Of a DNA stretch of 64,000 bases, positions 10,421-20,646 are shown piece after piece. Origin of the DNA: an uncultured virus (IMG/VR IMGVR_UViG_3300025141_012032) (Duplodnaviria; Heunggongvirae; Uroviricota; Caudoviricetes); the IMG/VR virus record IMGVR_UViG_3300025141_012032, one strand, 5' to 3'. Below the pieces are notes generated by a model. The model was not told the DNA's origin, searched no databases, and saw only the letters and a program-made list of their open reading frames with translations. A program made the position numbers and the translations under genes. Numbering within the stretch: the stretch's first letter is position 1; the number at the start of each line of letters is the position of its first letter.

Positions 10421-11381
10421 TGTTTTAGTTAGCGGTGTTGGTGGTGACGTAGGGCAAGGTGTTATCAGATGTCTTAATAAATCTGATTTAGAATTGCGCA
10501 TATTTAAAATTAGCTCAAGTGTTAATGATTCATGGCTTTATCTTGACGATGATTGTTTTATTAGTCCTACAATTTACGAAGATTATGTATCTTACTTGAT
10601 TAAATTTATTAATACTCATAAGATTGATATATTTTTTCCTTGCATAGATTTAGAAATACCTATAATTTCGAAGAATAAGGAGAAAATAGAATCCGAAACA
10701 AGCTGTAGCGTTTTTGTAGATGAGTATCACAAAATACAGATCTGCAATGATAAATATATGACAGCAAGATACCTAGAGGATTTCTCCTTGCCATACCCAG
10801 AAACAGATTTGGTTGCAACGATTGACCACAATAAATTTCCTGTGATTATTAAATCAAGAGAAGGTTGTGGATCGAAAGATATCCATTTAATAAATTCAAA
10901 AGAAGAAATAAGGCCATTCTTAAACAATAAAGATTATATTATTCAAGAATATTTAGATGGCGACGAATACACGGCGGGCGTATATCTTGGAAATGATAAT
11001 AGAATTAAAGGGGTTTGTATTTTAAAAAGAACCCTTAAAGATGGCTCGACATATACCGCCGAACGCGTATTAAACTTGCAACTTGAAGAAGAGATTGCAT
11101 CTATTGCTAGCCATATTAGAATGAAATATTTAAATATTCAATTTAGATTAAAGAATGGCAAAGTTTGTCCTTTTGAGCTGAATGGGCGCTTTTCCGGTAC
11201 TACTGGTATTATTAGCAATGTTTTCAATGCGCCCGAAATGGCCATTAAAGAGCTTGTTTTAAAAGAGAGTATACTCCCTCTCTCGCATAGTAAGAAATTT
11301 TATGTTATGAGATATTATGAAGAAATCTTTATCACACAAGAACAAAGAGAGAAGCTTTTAACAAGGAGTAAAAATGATTGA
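10413..11381 (+). CDS. ATP-grasp ligase (carbamoyl-phosphate-synthase-like, glycan-cluster type)
   Basis: CNDKY, PVIIK..GCGS, IIQEYLDGDEY, NIQF...FELNGRFSG. GTG start. Confidence 0.85.
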   Translation: MINVLVSGVGGDVGQGVIRCLNKSDLELRIFKISSSVNDSWLYLDDDCFISPTIYEDYVSYLIKFINTHKIDIFFPCIDLEIPIISKNKEKIESETSCSVFVDEYHKIQICNDKYMTARYLEDFSLPYPETDLVATIDHNKFPVIIKSREGCGSKDIHLINSKEEIRPFLNNKDYIIQEYLDGDEYTAGVYLGNDNRIKGVCILKRTLKDGSTYTAERVLNLQLEEEIASIASHIRMKYLNIQFRLKNGKVCPFELNGRFSGTTGIISNVFNAPEMAIKELVLKESILPLSHSKKFYVMRYYEEIFITQEQREKLLTRSKND

Positions 11382-12072
11382 TACTGTAGTATTTGATTTT
11401 GTAAACACATTAGCTTACTTAAATCCAAAAAGAGAAAACGTAATTTATAATTTTTTAACAGACAAGGGCATAAAAATTAGCAAGAGCAAGATTGTTGATG
11501 CATTAAAAATTACAGATGACAAGTGCCATTATAGTTGTTTTGAAATTATTGATAAAGAGTCCAAAAAGAATTTCTTTCAAACAAAATATAATAAAGTTCT
11601 TCTATCCACTTTAGAACTAGATTATACAAATAAAAATTGTATTGCACTCTATGACTATTTTGATAAGATTCATAAGGAATGGATTTTGCACGATGGCGCC
11701 ATGGCCACAATTAAACAATTAAAGAAATTAGGATATAATGTTGGAGTAGCATCCAATTTTGATCGAACGCTTAAAGAGAGGCTTGCTAATAAATTAGGCC
11801 TGACCGATGAGCTTGATTTTTTGGAAGTTTCGCAATGTATTGGCTTAGAGAAGCCCGACATTAAATTTTACGAATACATTATAAATAATAATAATTTGAA
11901 TCCAAAAAAGACACTATATATTGGCGACAGCTACGTCTTAGACTATCTACCAGGACAACAGGTAGGGCTTAATTGTTGTTTGTATGATAAAAACAATATT
12001 CACCCATCTGTTTCAAATAGAATTTCTCATTTTAATCAAGTTATAAAGCTTGTTAAGGAAAAATATGAATAA
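11374..12072 (+). CDS. HAD-superfamily hydrolase
   Basis: VVFDFVNTL, ASNFD, EKPD, YIGDSYVLD. Confidence 0.85.
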   Translation: MIDTVVFDFVNTLAYLNPKRENVIYNFLTDKGIKISKSKIVDALKITDDKCHYSCFEIIDKESKKNFFQTKYNKVLLSTLELDYTNKNCIALYDYFDKIHKEWILHDGAMATIKQLKKLGYNVGVASNFDRTLKERLANKLGLTDELDFLEVSQCIGLEKPDIKFYEYIINNNNLNPKKTLYIGDSYVLDYLPGQQVGLNCCLYDKNNIHPSVSNRISHFNQVIKLVKEKYE

Positions 12073-12928
12073 GTTAATTTTTGACATTGGCTCAAATGAG
12101 TTTAGATTTACTGATGCATGCCGAACCCGCTGGCCTGATTGTGATATTGTGGCAATAGATCCGATCTATGAAATTTATGAAGCTTATAACGCGTCAAAGC
12201 ACAACGGAAAATTAACATATTTAGATAAAATTGTTAGTGATAGAAATGATGATTTTCAAACAATAAATATTAATTTGAATGAAGCTGGCATGTCAACTAT
12301 ATCTGAACACTATATGAACAATTCAAGATTTGCTTTAGGCAATACAGTTATAATAAAGCAGTATATAGATAACGCTGCACTTATGTTAAAACAAAATCCA
12401 AGTGTTGTTGAAAGAGAAGAGTGGCGCTGGATAAAGAGAATAGATTTTTCATCTATATCTGTTGAAGATTTTACAAAATTAATAGAATCACAATTCGGAA
12501 ATATGCACGCTTTTCTAACAAAGGTTCACCGTTATATAAAAAGACCTTCTCAAACAATTACAATAGACAGGCTCATAGAAATTTATGGAGTTCCGGATTT
12601 AATTAAAATAGATGTTGAAGGATACGAAAGCAACGTAATCAAAGGATTAACAAAGAGAAATAAAAAGTTATGCTTTGAGTGGAATGAAGAAATGAATGAA
12701 GAGCTTTTTTTATGCCTTAAATTATTAGAAAATTTAGGGTATGAAAAGTTTGGCGTTTTGGGATATTTCGAAGAAGGAGATATCTATGAGCATTTGACTT
12801 ATGATCCAGCAGGCGATACTTTTCTTCGTGAACCTCAGTATTATTCACTAAAAGAGATAAAGAGTGAATTATCGAAGTCTATCGACAAAGATAGAAGAGT
12901 CAACTGGGGAATGGTGTGGGCTAAATGA
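12065..12928 (+). CDS. FkbM family methyltransferase
   Basis: IFDIGSN, TITIDRLI..YGVPDLIKIDVEGYE. ATG at 12065 overlaps the previous stop. Confidence 0.85.
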   Translation: MNKLIFDIGSNEFRFTDACRTRWPDCDIVAIDPIYEIYEAYNASKHNGKLTYLDKIVSDRNDDFQTININLNEAGMSTISEHYMNNSRFALGNTVIIKQYIDNAALMLKQNPSVVEREEWRWIKRIDFSSISVEDFTKLIESQFGNMHAFLTKVHRYIKRPSQTITIDRLIEIYGVPDLIKIDVEGYESNVIKGLTKRNKKLCFEWNEEMNEELFLCLKLLENLGYEKFGVLGYFEEGDIYEHLTYDPAGDTFLREPQYYSLKEIKSELSKSIDKDRRVNWGMVWAK

Positions 12929-13548
12929 GACACAATCCTTATAAAATTGTAAAGATGTTTGAAGAAACTGTGGCTGATTATTGTGGCTCAAAATACGCCG
13001 TATCTACTGATAATTGTACAGACGCACTTTTGTTGTGTTGTGAATATTTTAATGTTGAAGAAGTAACTATCCCCGCAAGAACGTATCTATCAGTCCCGCA
13101 GTCAATTTTGCATGCCGGCGGCAAACTCAAGTTTAAAGACTACAGGTGGAAAGGAATCTACCAGCTGGAACCTTATCCAATCTACGACGCAGCTAAGCGC
13201 TTAACAAGCAATATGTATATCCCAGGAAGCTTTATGTGCCTTTCCTTCCATATCAAAAAACATCTGAAGATAGGTAAGGGGGGCATGATTTTAACTGATG
13301 ACGAAGAGGCTGCTAAGTGGTTTAGAAAGGGTCGTTATGAAGGCAGAGGCGAAGTGATGTATCACGAAGATAATATTAGTATCAATGGCTGGAATGCCTA
13401 TATGAGCCCTGAGCAAGCCGCACGCGGACTGATGCTTATGCAAAATTATCCAGAACATATGGAAGATATTCCTGAAGAGCCGTTTTATAGAGATTTGAGA
13501 GAGTTCGAATTGTTTAAAAACGTGGAGATGACAAATGAAAGCACCTGA
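12925..13548 (+). CDS. Short DegT/DnrJ-type PLP-dependent aminotransferase
   Basis: FEETVADYCG..YAVS..NCTDAL, DAA, SFHIKKHL..GKGG. Only 207 aa. Confidence 0.8.
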   Translation: MRHNPYKIVKMFEETVADYCGSKYAVSTDNCTDALLLCCEYFNVEEVTIPARTYLSVPQSILHAGGKLKFKDYRWKGIYQLEPYPIYDAAKRLTSNMYIPGSFMCLSFHIKKHLKIGKGGMILTDDEEAAKWFRKGRYEGRGEVMYHEDNISINGWNAYMSPEQAARGLMLMQNYPEHMEDIPEEPFYRDLREFELFKNVEMTNEST

Positions 13549-14263
13549 AGCGATCCCTGGCGAATTGTATAACAAATATTCCATGGATGGAAAAGTACCG
13601 GTATTACATCATTATCGAAATGATTGTAGTGATGATATACAGCAAATGATAAATTCTAATTTTACTCAAGAAGAATTTGATAAATGTGTTCAAAGAATAA
13701 AAAATAGGGATATGAATTATTATATGGACACAGACCTTTGGTTATATGATGCGTTACAAGGTTATCCAATCGAAGGAAAGCACGTGTGTATTGCGGGTTC
13801 CGCATATCCATGGTACGAAGCCATGGCAATTGTCTATGGCGCCAAAAGATGCACAGTTATTGAATATTCTGATAGAAAAAGCTTTCATCCAAAAATTGAA
13901 TATGTTAAGCCGGGAAATGAAGGTGATATTTTATTTGATGCTTGCTTTTCTATTTCTTCTTATGAACATGACGGCCTAGGCAGATATGGCGATCCACTAA
14001 ATCCTGATGGAGATTTAGAAGCCATGCACAACCTAAAAAAGTTATTAAAAAAAGATGCGCTACTATATTTGGCGGTTCCTACTGGATATGATAAGCTTTA
14101 CTTTAATGTTCATAGAGTATACGGAAAACATAGATATCCGCTTTTAATTAAAGAATGGGAGCCGATAAGCACCTATGGCTTTGTAAACGGAACATTTCAC
14201 AATGAACAGAACACAGGCCAAGAAACTCCATATCAGCCGGTTTGTGTTTTGAGGAATAGCTAA
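13535..14263 (+). CDS. DUF268-like SAM-dependent methyltransferase-fold protein
   Basis: GSAYPWYE...SISSYEHDGLGRYGDPLNPDGD...VP.G.D...FNVHRVYG. Confidence 0.75.
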   Translation: MKAPEAIPGELYNKYSMDGKVPVLHHYRNDCSDDIQQMINSNFTQEEFDKCVQRIKNRDMNYYMDTDLWLYDALQGYPIEGKHVCIAGSAYPWYEAMAIVYGAKRCTVIEYSDRKSFHPKIEYVKPGNEGDILFDACFSISSYEHDGLGRYGDPLNPDGDLEAMHNLKKLLKKDALLYLAVPTGYDKLYFNVHRVYGKHRYPLLIKEWEPISTYGFVNGTFHNEQNTGQETPYQPVCVLRNS

Positions 14264-15159
14264 TGATTACATTTCTAGAACTTGGAAAGCTCGGAAGATT
14301 GGGAAATCAATTATTCCAATATAGCGCTCTTAAATCACTGGCACTCCAAAGGGGATATGAGGTATCGATTCCTAATCCTGACAATAGAAATTGGCACGGC
14401 CAAAATTGTTTACTAGGCGAATTTAATATTGAGTGTTCTTTTCTGGGCCCAGCAGATCAACCACGTCTTAGACATCTTAAAACTTATGCGGAACCAAGCC
14501 ATATGGAGTATGATAAAGGCTTTTTTAATATAGAAGATGAAACAAATCTTCAAGGTTTTTTTCAAAGCACGCTTTATTTTAAACATTGCGAACAGCAGAT
14601 TAAAAAAGAACTAACACCCAAAGAGCAATATACACAAAAAGCACAAAAGACAATTCAATCTATTAAAGAAAAATTTCCTGGATATGAGGTTGTTTCTCTT
14701 CACTTAAGAAGAGGAGATAACACAAATGGTTCAAATCCTAGTAAAGAATTAAATGAAATGTACGGAAAAACAAATAAATTAGACAAAAATAGCTTCTATG
14801 GTAAATATTTAACGTCTGCGTTACAAAAATTTGATGGAAAAAAAGTAAAATATTTAGTATTTTCTGGGGGTTTAAGATTCTCTGGTGATAACAATACCTC
14901 GGATATTGATTGGTGCAAAGAAAATTTAAAGGGCAATGATTTTATTTTCTCTAAGAACAACACAACAATGAATGATTTTTCTTTAATAATGTCTTGTGAT
15001 CATAATATTATAAGTCATATTAGCTCTTTTGGTTGGTGGGCCGCGTACCTGAATCAAAATCCAAATAAAATTGTAGTAGCTCCAAATCAATATCACCCAG
15101 ATATGCCAGAATATACACATAGAAAAGGTTTTTACCCCGAAAGCTGGACTTTAGCATGA
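14263..15159 (+). CDS. Alpha-1,2-fucosyltransferase-like (GT11)
   Basis: GRLGNQLFQY, GFFQS..YF, HLRRGD, SSFGWWAAYL. Confidence 0.92.
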   Translation: MITFLELGKLGRLGNQLFQYSALKSLALQRGYEVSIPNPDNRNWHGQNCLLGEFNIECSFLGPADQPRLRHLKTYAEPSHMEYDKGFFNIEDETNLQGFFQSTLYFKHCEQQIKKELTPKEQYTQKAQKTIQSIKEKFPGYEVVSLHLRRGDNTNGSNPSKELNEMYGKTNKLDKNSFYGKYLTSALQKFDGKKVKYLVFSGGLRFSGDNNTSDIDWCKENLKGNDFIFSKNNTTMNDFSLIMSCDHNIISHISSFGWWAAYLNQNPNKIVVAPNQYHPDMPEYTHRKGFYPESWTLA

Positions 15160-16148
15160 GTTATTGGCAAGATAAAAGTGTGCTTGTAACCGGCGGCGCC
15201 GGTTTTATTGGTTCAAATCTTTGTAAAGACTTAGTTTATGATGGTGCACGTGTTACAATCATTGATAATTTTGAAAGAGGAAGAAGAGAGTATATATTGG
15301 ATATTATAGACTCAATTGAATTAATCGAAGGTGACTTAAAAAAAATAGATTTTTGTCTTGAAACCATCAATAACTTCGATATTGTTATTCATATGGCCTC
15401 CAAAGTTGGAGGAATCGGCCTTTATACTTCAAAACCATACACCGTCATGAGTGAAAACATGCTTATGGATTCAAATGTTTTAAAAGCAATTATTCAAAAT
15501 AATATTAATAGATATTTTTACGCTAGCAGTGCTCATGTATATCCCAAGGAGCTACAAGGAACACCTGATTCTCCTGCTATTGTTGAACAACAAGCATATC
15601 CTGCGGAGTCAGAGCTTGCTTACGGGTGGGCGAAGCTTATATCTGAAAAAGAAATTGAATATGCACGAGTTGAAAATCCAAATTTGCGAGTTGCAATTGC
15701 AAGATACATTGGAATCTATGGAGAGAACCAAGACTATGATTTGGACACCGGCTCTTGCATCCCCGTATTTACCAATCGGGCTATAAATTATCCAGAGATC
15801 CCCTTTAGAATTTGGGGAACGGGTAAAGAGACACGTTCCTATTGTTTTATTGATGATGCCATAGATTGCACAAAGCTTATGATTGAGAAGATGGAAGAAC
15901 AAGAAATAGTTGGCCCATATAATGTTGGTAAGCAAGAAAGAATATCAATTGGTGATTTGGCCAAAGCGGTTGTTGAAATATGTAAAAAAGATATAAACAT
16001 AGAATATGATTTAACAAAAGACACATTAATCTGGGGCCAATGGTGTGATTGTTCAAAAGCAAAAGAAGAAATTGGATTTGAAGCTAAGACGAGCCTACAA
16101 GAAGGATTAAAAAGAGTCTATAATGATATACGAGGAAGAATGAAATGA
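15156..16148 (+). CDS. NDP-sugar epimerase (GDP-mannose 3,5-epimerase-like extended SDR)
   Basis: TGGAGFIG, HMASKVGGIG, YASSA..YP, YGWAK, WGTGKETRSY. Confidence 0.8.
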   Translation: MSYWQDKSVLVTGGAGFIGSNLCKDLVYDGARVTIIDNFERGRREYILDIIDSIELIEGDLKKIDFCLETINNFDIVIHMASKVGGIGLYTSKPYTVMSENMLMDSNVLKAIIQNNINRYFYASSAHVYPKELQGTPDSPAIVEQQAYPAESELAYGWAKLISEKEIEYARVENPNLRVAIARYIGIYGENQDYDLDTGSCIPVFTNRAINYPEIPFRIWGTGKETRSYCFIDDAIDCTKLMIEKMEEQEIVGPYNVGKQERISIGDLAKAVVEICKKDINIEYDLTKDTLIWGQWCDCSKAKEEIGFEAKTSLQEGLKRVYNDIRGRMK

Positions 16149-17074
16149 ACGTTTTGATTACTGGTGGTGCTGGCTATATTGGCAGTGAACTCACCAATCA
16201 CTTACTATTAGCAGGCCATAATGTGACTGTGATAGATAATCTAATGTATGATCCAACATCGTTGGTGAGATATGCCATTGAAGAGAGATTTAACTTTATA
16301 AAGGGTGATGTTGTTAATTTAGATATTTTGAAAGAGGAGCTTCCAAAGGCTGATATTATTGTTCCTCTGGCCGCTCTCGTAGGATTTCCGTTGTGTGATA
16401 GAGATAAGAGAGGAGCGGTAGAGATTAATCATGGTGTGAATGCATGGATAGCAAAAAATAAAACACCTGAGCAAAAGGTTATTTATCCGTGTACTAACTC
16501 TGGATATGGCACCAGTGTTGATGGTTCTGTTTGCACAGAAGAATCTCCACTTAACCCAATTTCTCTTTATGGCCAAACTAAAGTAGCAGCCGAAGAAGAG
16601 TTTAAGAACGTCGAAAATCATGTAACGTTTAGGTTAGCCACCGTATTCGGGCCCGGCTCACGCATGCGTACCGATTTGTTGGTTAATAATTTTGTTCTTA
16701 AGGCGCTCCGCGAACGCGTTCTAGTGCTCTATGAATGTGAGTTTATGCGCAATTACGTACATCTACAGGATGTTTGTAGGGCATTTATGTTCGTAATAGA
16801 TAACTGGGAAGATTGTAAAAACGAAACATATAACGTTGGTAATGACGCTATCAATATGAATAAGTTACAATTAGCTCAGAAGATCAAAGAACATCTTCCG
16901 CTTGAAATTATCAAAGCAGAATTTACATCAGATCCAGACACGCGCGATTATATTGTAAGCAGTCAAAAATTTTATGATAAGGGGTTTGAATGCAAATACG
17001 ATTTGGATGATGGAATTCGCCAACTTATTAAGGCATATAGTATAATTGAATCACCTTGGTATGCAAACTATTAG
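16145..17074 (+). CDS. NAD-dependent epimerase/dehydratase
   Basis: TGGAGYIG, LAALVGFP.C, YGQTK, FRLATVFG. Confidence 0.88.
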   Translation: MNVLITGGAGYIGSELTNHLLLAGHNVTVIDNLMYDPTSLVRYAIEERFNFIKGDVVNLDILKEELPKADIIVPLAALVGFPLCDRDKRGAVEINHGVNAWIAKNKTPEQKVIYPCTNSGYGTSVDGSVCTEESPLNPISLYGQTKVAAEEEFKNVENHVTFRLATVFGPGSRMRTDLLVNNFVLKALRERVLVLYECEFMRNYVHLQDVCRAFMFVIDNWEDCKNETYNVGNDAINMNKLQLAQKIKEHLPLEIIKAEFTSDPDTRDYIVSSQKFYDKGFECKYDLDDGIRQLIKAYSIIESPWYANY

Positions 17075-17083
17075 GATTAAGAT

Positions 17084-18031
17084 ATGACATTTTGGAAAAA
17101 TAAAGTTGTTTTAGTTACGGGCGGTCATGGTTTTGTTGGCACGCATGTTGTGCGAATGTTAAAAGACTTAGATGCTGTGGTGCATGCGCCCTCAAGGTAC
17201 GATTATGATCTTACTGTTGAATATCAAGTTAATTTAATGTTTAAACATTTACGACCGGAAGTAGTTATTCATCTTGCTGGTAAAGTTGGAGGAATCGCTG
17301 CTAACAAGTCTGAGCCCGGTACATTCTTTTATGACAATATAATGATGGGCACTCTTGTTATGGATTATGCTCGACGTTATGATGTTAAGAAAGTTGTAGC
17401 ACTTGCTGCAGGTTGTGGTTATCCGCTCGATTTAAAAGTGCCGTATACTGAAAATGATTTTTGGAACGGCCTACCTCAAGAGGAATCCATGGGATATTCA
17501 ATGGGCAAGAAGATGTTAATCGTTCAGTCCTGGACTTACCGAGCACAATATGGATTTAACTCTTCTATCTTATTGCCAGCAAATCTTTACGGCCCTAATG
17601 ATAATTTTGATTTAGAAAAAAGCCATGTTGTTCCGGCATTAATAAGAAAGTTTTTATATGCGAAAGAACATAATTCGCCATTTGTTGAAGTTTGGGGAAC
17701 TGGAAAAGCAACAAGAGAGTTTCTTTATGTAGAGGATACTGCCCAAGCAATACTTGATGTTGCTGAAAAATTTAACCAATCTGGACCACTAAATCTTGGA
17801 ACCGGCACTGAGACCTCAATTAAGGAATTAGTCGATACGATTGTTGATTTAATTGGATATGATGGTGATGTTATTTGGAATACCGATCGACCAGATGGCC
17901 AGCCAAGAAGATTCTATTGCATGGAAAGGTTCAGAAAACATATGGGCTATGTACCAAACACATCTTTGAGAGAAGGTTTGGAAAAAACAATTGATTGGTA
18001 TCTAAATTCAACAGACGAAAAGAGGCTATAA
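17084..18031 (+). CDS. fcl: GDP-L-fucose synthase (Fcl/ColC-like epimerase-reductase)
   Basis: HLAGKVGGIAAN, C.YP, YSMGK, PANLYGPNDNF...SHVVPALIRKF, WGTG...REFLYV. Confidence 0.88.
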   Translation: MTFWKNKVVLVTGGHGFVGTHVVRMLKDLDAVVHAPSRYDYDLTVEYQVNLMFKHLRPEVVIHLAGKVGGIAANKSEPGTFFYDNIMMGTLVMDYARRYDVKKVVALAAGCGYPLDLKVPYTENDFWNGLPQEESMGYSMGKKMLIVQSWTYRAQYGFNSSILLPANLYGPNDNFDLEKSHVVPALIRKFLYAKEHNSPFVEVWGTGKATREFLYVEDTAQAILDVAEKFNQSGPLNLGTGTETSIKELVDTIVDLIGYDGDVIWNTDRPDGQPRRFYCMERFRKHMGYVPNTSLREGLEKTIDWYLNSTDEKRL

Positions 18032-19009
18032 ATGAAAGTTATAAGAGATAAATCTGGTGAATATCCTGATTGCGGATATCGATATTTGGACTTTGAAAGA
18101 TTTAATGATGAACAATCAGAGACAGCATTCTTTTATGGATATGCATCTGGTCGAAACAAGACTTTAATAAACCAACATGACAATTATAAGAGAAAGATTT
18201 TTTATCAAGGTGAGCAGCCTTGTGGTTTTTATTCTTTAGATGAAGCAGAAAGAGTTGGTAGTATAAATATTGCTCATGATTTTGATGAATTTTACTCCAC
18301 TTGTCCCTATAGTGCAAAGTGGATGAACACGATTCACGGCATTGACAAATACAGGCCAGCAATATTTCCGCATAACGAAAATTGGGCATGCCCAGCTAAT
18401 GAAAATCCAGAAAAGCTTTTGGATGTTATCTATTGGGGCAATTTACCTAATGGCGCCAGTGATGTTAAACATATTATTGAGACGATACCTAAATTTAAGC
18501 ATGCCTTTTTCTCTCTTGGTTATGGATTAACGCCTGAAATGAGAAGATATGTCACAGCGTTTGGTGCCCCGCGAACAGAGATGTGGAAAGTGTTAAGACA
18601 CAGCAAGGTAATGATTACTTCTAACCAGCTGTATTTGACTGATGCAATGGTCGAGGTTACAAAGACATTACCTCGATGGCAAGAAAACGAAGCATTTTCA
18701 CATATAGATCAAAATATTATGCCGCAAATTAAGACAAGACCAATTGAGGCTATCTTCAATAAAACTCTTGTTTTATTAAAAGAAGATCCTTGGCGTATTT
18801 TTGATTATTGGTTTGAGCCAGGAAAAGACTTTATTTATTATAAAAATAATAATGAGTTAGAACATATGATAAGAGAGATAAGTGACAATTGGGAAAACTA
18901 CAAACATATCGTAGATAATGCCTATGAAAAGGCTACGAAACTATATACCACCGAAAAACTTTACAAAGACATGGAGAAGGGACAAAGTGAATTCAAATTC
19001 AAACACTAG
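18032..19009 (+). CDS. Putative glycosyltransferase (GT-B C-terminal-like)
   Basis: KTRPIEA...YWFEPGKDFIYY...IVDNAY resembles the C-termini of GT-B/CgeB-like proteins. Glycan-cluster context. Confidence 0.5.
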   Translation: MKVIRDKSGEYPDCGYRYLDFERFNDEQSETAFFYGYASGRNKTLINQHDNYKRKIFYQGEQPCGFYSLDEAERVGSINIAHDFDEFYSTCPYSAKWMNTIHGIDKYRPAIFPHNENWACPANENPEKLLDVIYWGNLPNGASDVKHIIETIPKFKHAFFSLGYGLTPEMRRYVTAFGAPRTEMWKVLRHSKVMITSNQLYLTDAMVEVTKTLPRWQENEAFSHIDQNIMPQIKTRPIEAIFNKTLVLLKEDPWRIFDYWFEPGKDFIYYKNNNELEHMIREISDNWENYKHIVDNAYEKATKLYTTEKLYKDMEKGQSEFKFKH

Positions 19010-19412
19010 AAAATATTTACCAACCTTATCAGAATTGGTTGATCGATTGTCAATAGTTCAACTTAAAGAAGTATTTATTCCTGGACACAAAGAGGAGTAT
19101 GCACAAGAAATTTCTGACATTATTCATGATATTAACTTGACTTTAGAAGAAAAACAGGTTATATTAGATGCTGATACTGTTAGAGCTATTGTAGTACTTT
19201 CACAGATGAACTTGCACATTTGGCACAATGAGTCGAATTATCGTAAGGGCATTAAGGATGGAAATAACCTAGAGCTTACTCACGGATTAAATGGTATTCG
19301 CAACACGGCCAAGAATAAAATTCAAGAATTGGCTGGTGGTAGAAAAGATTATAAGATTGACTGCCTTGCGGCAGAATTTCAAGATTGGGAAATTAGCTGG
19401 AATAAGGAGTAA
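18987..19412 (+). CDS. Hypothetical helical protein (DUF6165/DUF4254-like)
   Basis: ELVDRLSI..LK...NLHIWHNE...R...N..R...K..I. GTG at 18987 after GGAG, in frame with track ORF 18918. Confidence 0.6.
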   Translation: MNSNSNTRKYLPTLSELVDRLSIVQLKEVFIPGHKEEYAQEISDIIHDINLTLEEKQVILDADTVRAIVVLSQMNLHIWHNESNYRKGIKDGNNLELTHGLNGIRNTAKNKIQELAGGRKDYKIDCLAAEFQDWEISWNKE

Positions 19413-19414
19413 AA

Positions 19415-19951
19415 ATGAAGGCAATAATTGTAACTTGGGAAAAGTTCCAAGATCACGAAGTAATTTACCCATACTACAGACTTCTAGAAGAGGGCTTTGA
19501 AGTTGACATTATGTCTAATGCTCTTGGTAGAATTCATGGTATTATGGGAACAAACATGGAAAGCAACCTGCTAACCTCTGAGTTGGACGATACACGCAGG
19601 TTTGGTGAACTACTTGACACATATGATATTATGGTAGTTCCTGGCGGGGTTAAGGCACTTGAAAAGCTTCGTCAAGAAGATAGCGTGCTACGCTTTATTA
19701 ATGTGTGGAACGAAAAGAAGAAGGTAATTGCTAGCACGTGCCACGGCGCGCAGCTACTAATCTCTTCTAAAATCGTTAATGGTCGTAAGGTATCTGGTTA
19801 TTATAGCATTAAGGATGATATTAATAACGCCGGCGCAACATATGTCGATGCGCCCGCAGTGGTTGATGATAATTTGGTTTCATCTCCTCACTACAAGTGG
19901 ATGGGCGAATGGATGAGATCAGCCATTGATGTATATAATCAGAGAAAATAG
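19415..19951 (+). CDS. DJ-1/PfpI family protein
   Basis: FQDHE..YP, VVPGG, STCHGAQLL, VVDDNLVSS. Confidence 0.9.
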   Translation: MKAIIVTWEKFQDHEVIYPYYRLLEEGFEVDIMSNALGRIHGIMGTNMESNLLTSELDDTRRFGELLDTYDIMVVPGGVKALEKLRQEDSVLRFINVWNEKKKVIASTCHGAQLLISSKIVNGRKVSGYYSIKDDINNAGATYVDAPAVVDDNLVSSPHYKWMGEWMRSAIDVYNQRK

Positions 19952-19953
19952 AC

Positions 19954-20646
19954 ATGTCTTATGCGGATGTCATAGTCAACAAGCCTTGGGGTCATGAATA
20001 TCTTGTTTATGAAAATGAGCACGTTGGTCTATGGTATCTGCATATCGATAAAGAACAAAGAACATCAATGCATTGTCACCCGCAAAAGAATACGGGATTG
20101 GTTTTATTAAAAGGCAGCGCCGAAACTTCTTTTTTAAATAATAGTATTAGAATGTCTTCGCTTAAAAAAGTTATGATTAGGCGAGGGTTATTTCACTCTA
20201 CAATGGGATTATCTGATGAGGGTGCTCACATATTTGAGATTGAAACTCCCAAAGATAAGAAAGATTTGGTCAGACTTGAAGATACATATGGAAGGAAACT
20301 ATCTCCATATGAAGGCAAAAATAAAGAACAAGCAAAAACTGAAGATTGTTTATGGGTGACAGATCCTGAAAAAGGCGCCTGCAATGTCTATAGTTTTTGT
20401 GATTGTACAATGCATGCAGAAAGTATTTTAAAAAAGGATAGGCTGTTTAATAGAGATTCAAACGATATATTTGTTTTCCTCCGCGGTGGCCTTATCAGCG
20501 GCGAAAGCTATATTGCACAGCCAGGAGATGTTTTAGACGGCTCAACCTTAGACAGGCTAGCCAGAGTTTTTGATATAACAGAGGAGATTGTTTTGCTTTC
20601 TATAACACAGGAGAACACAGGAGGAACAGGCTATGGGTGTCCTTGA
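19954..20646 (+). CDS. Cupin (mannose-6-phosphate isomerase-like) domain protein
   Basis: KPWGHE, TSMHCH..K, FH, EIETP...DLVRLEDTYGR. Confidence 0.8.
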   Translation: MSYADVIVNKPWGHEYLVYENEHVGLWYLHIDKEQRTSMHCHPQKNTGLVLLKGSAETSFLNNSIRMSSLKKVMIRRGLFHSTMGLSDEGAHIFEIETPKDKKDLVRLEDTYGRKLSPYEGKNKEQAKTEDCLWVTDPEKGACNVYSFCDCTMHAESILKKDRLFNRDSNDIFVFLRGGLISGESYIAQPGDVLDGSTLDRLARVFDITEEIVLLSITQENTGGTGYGCP

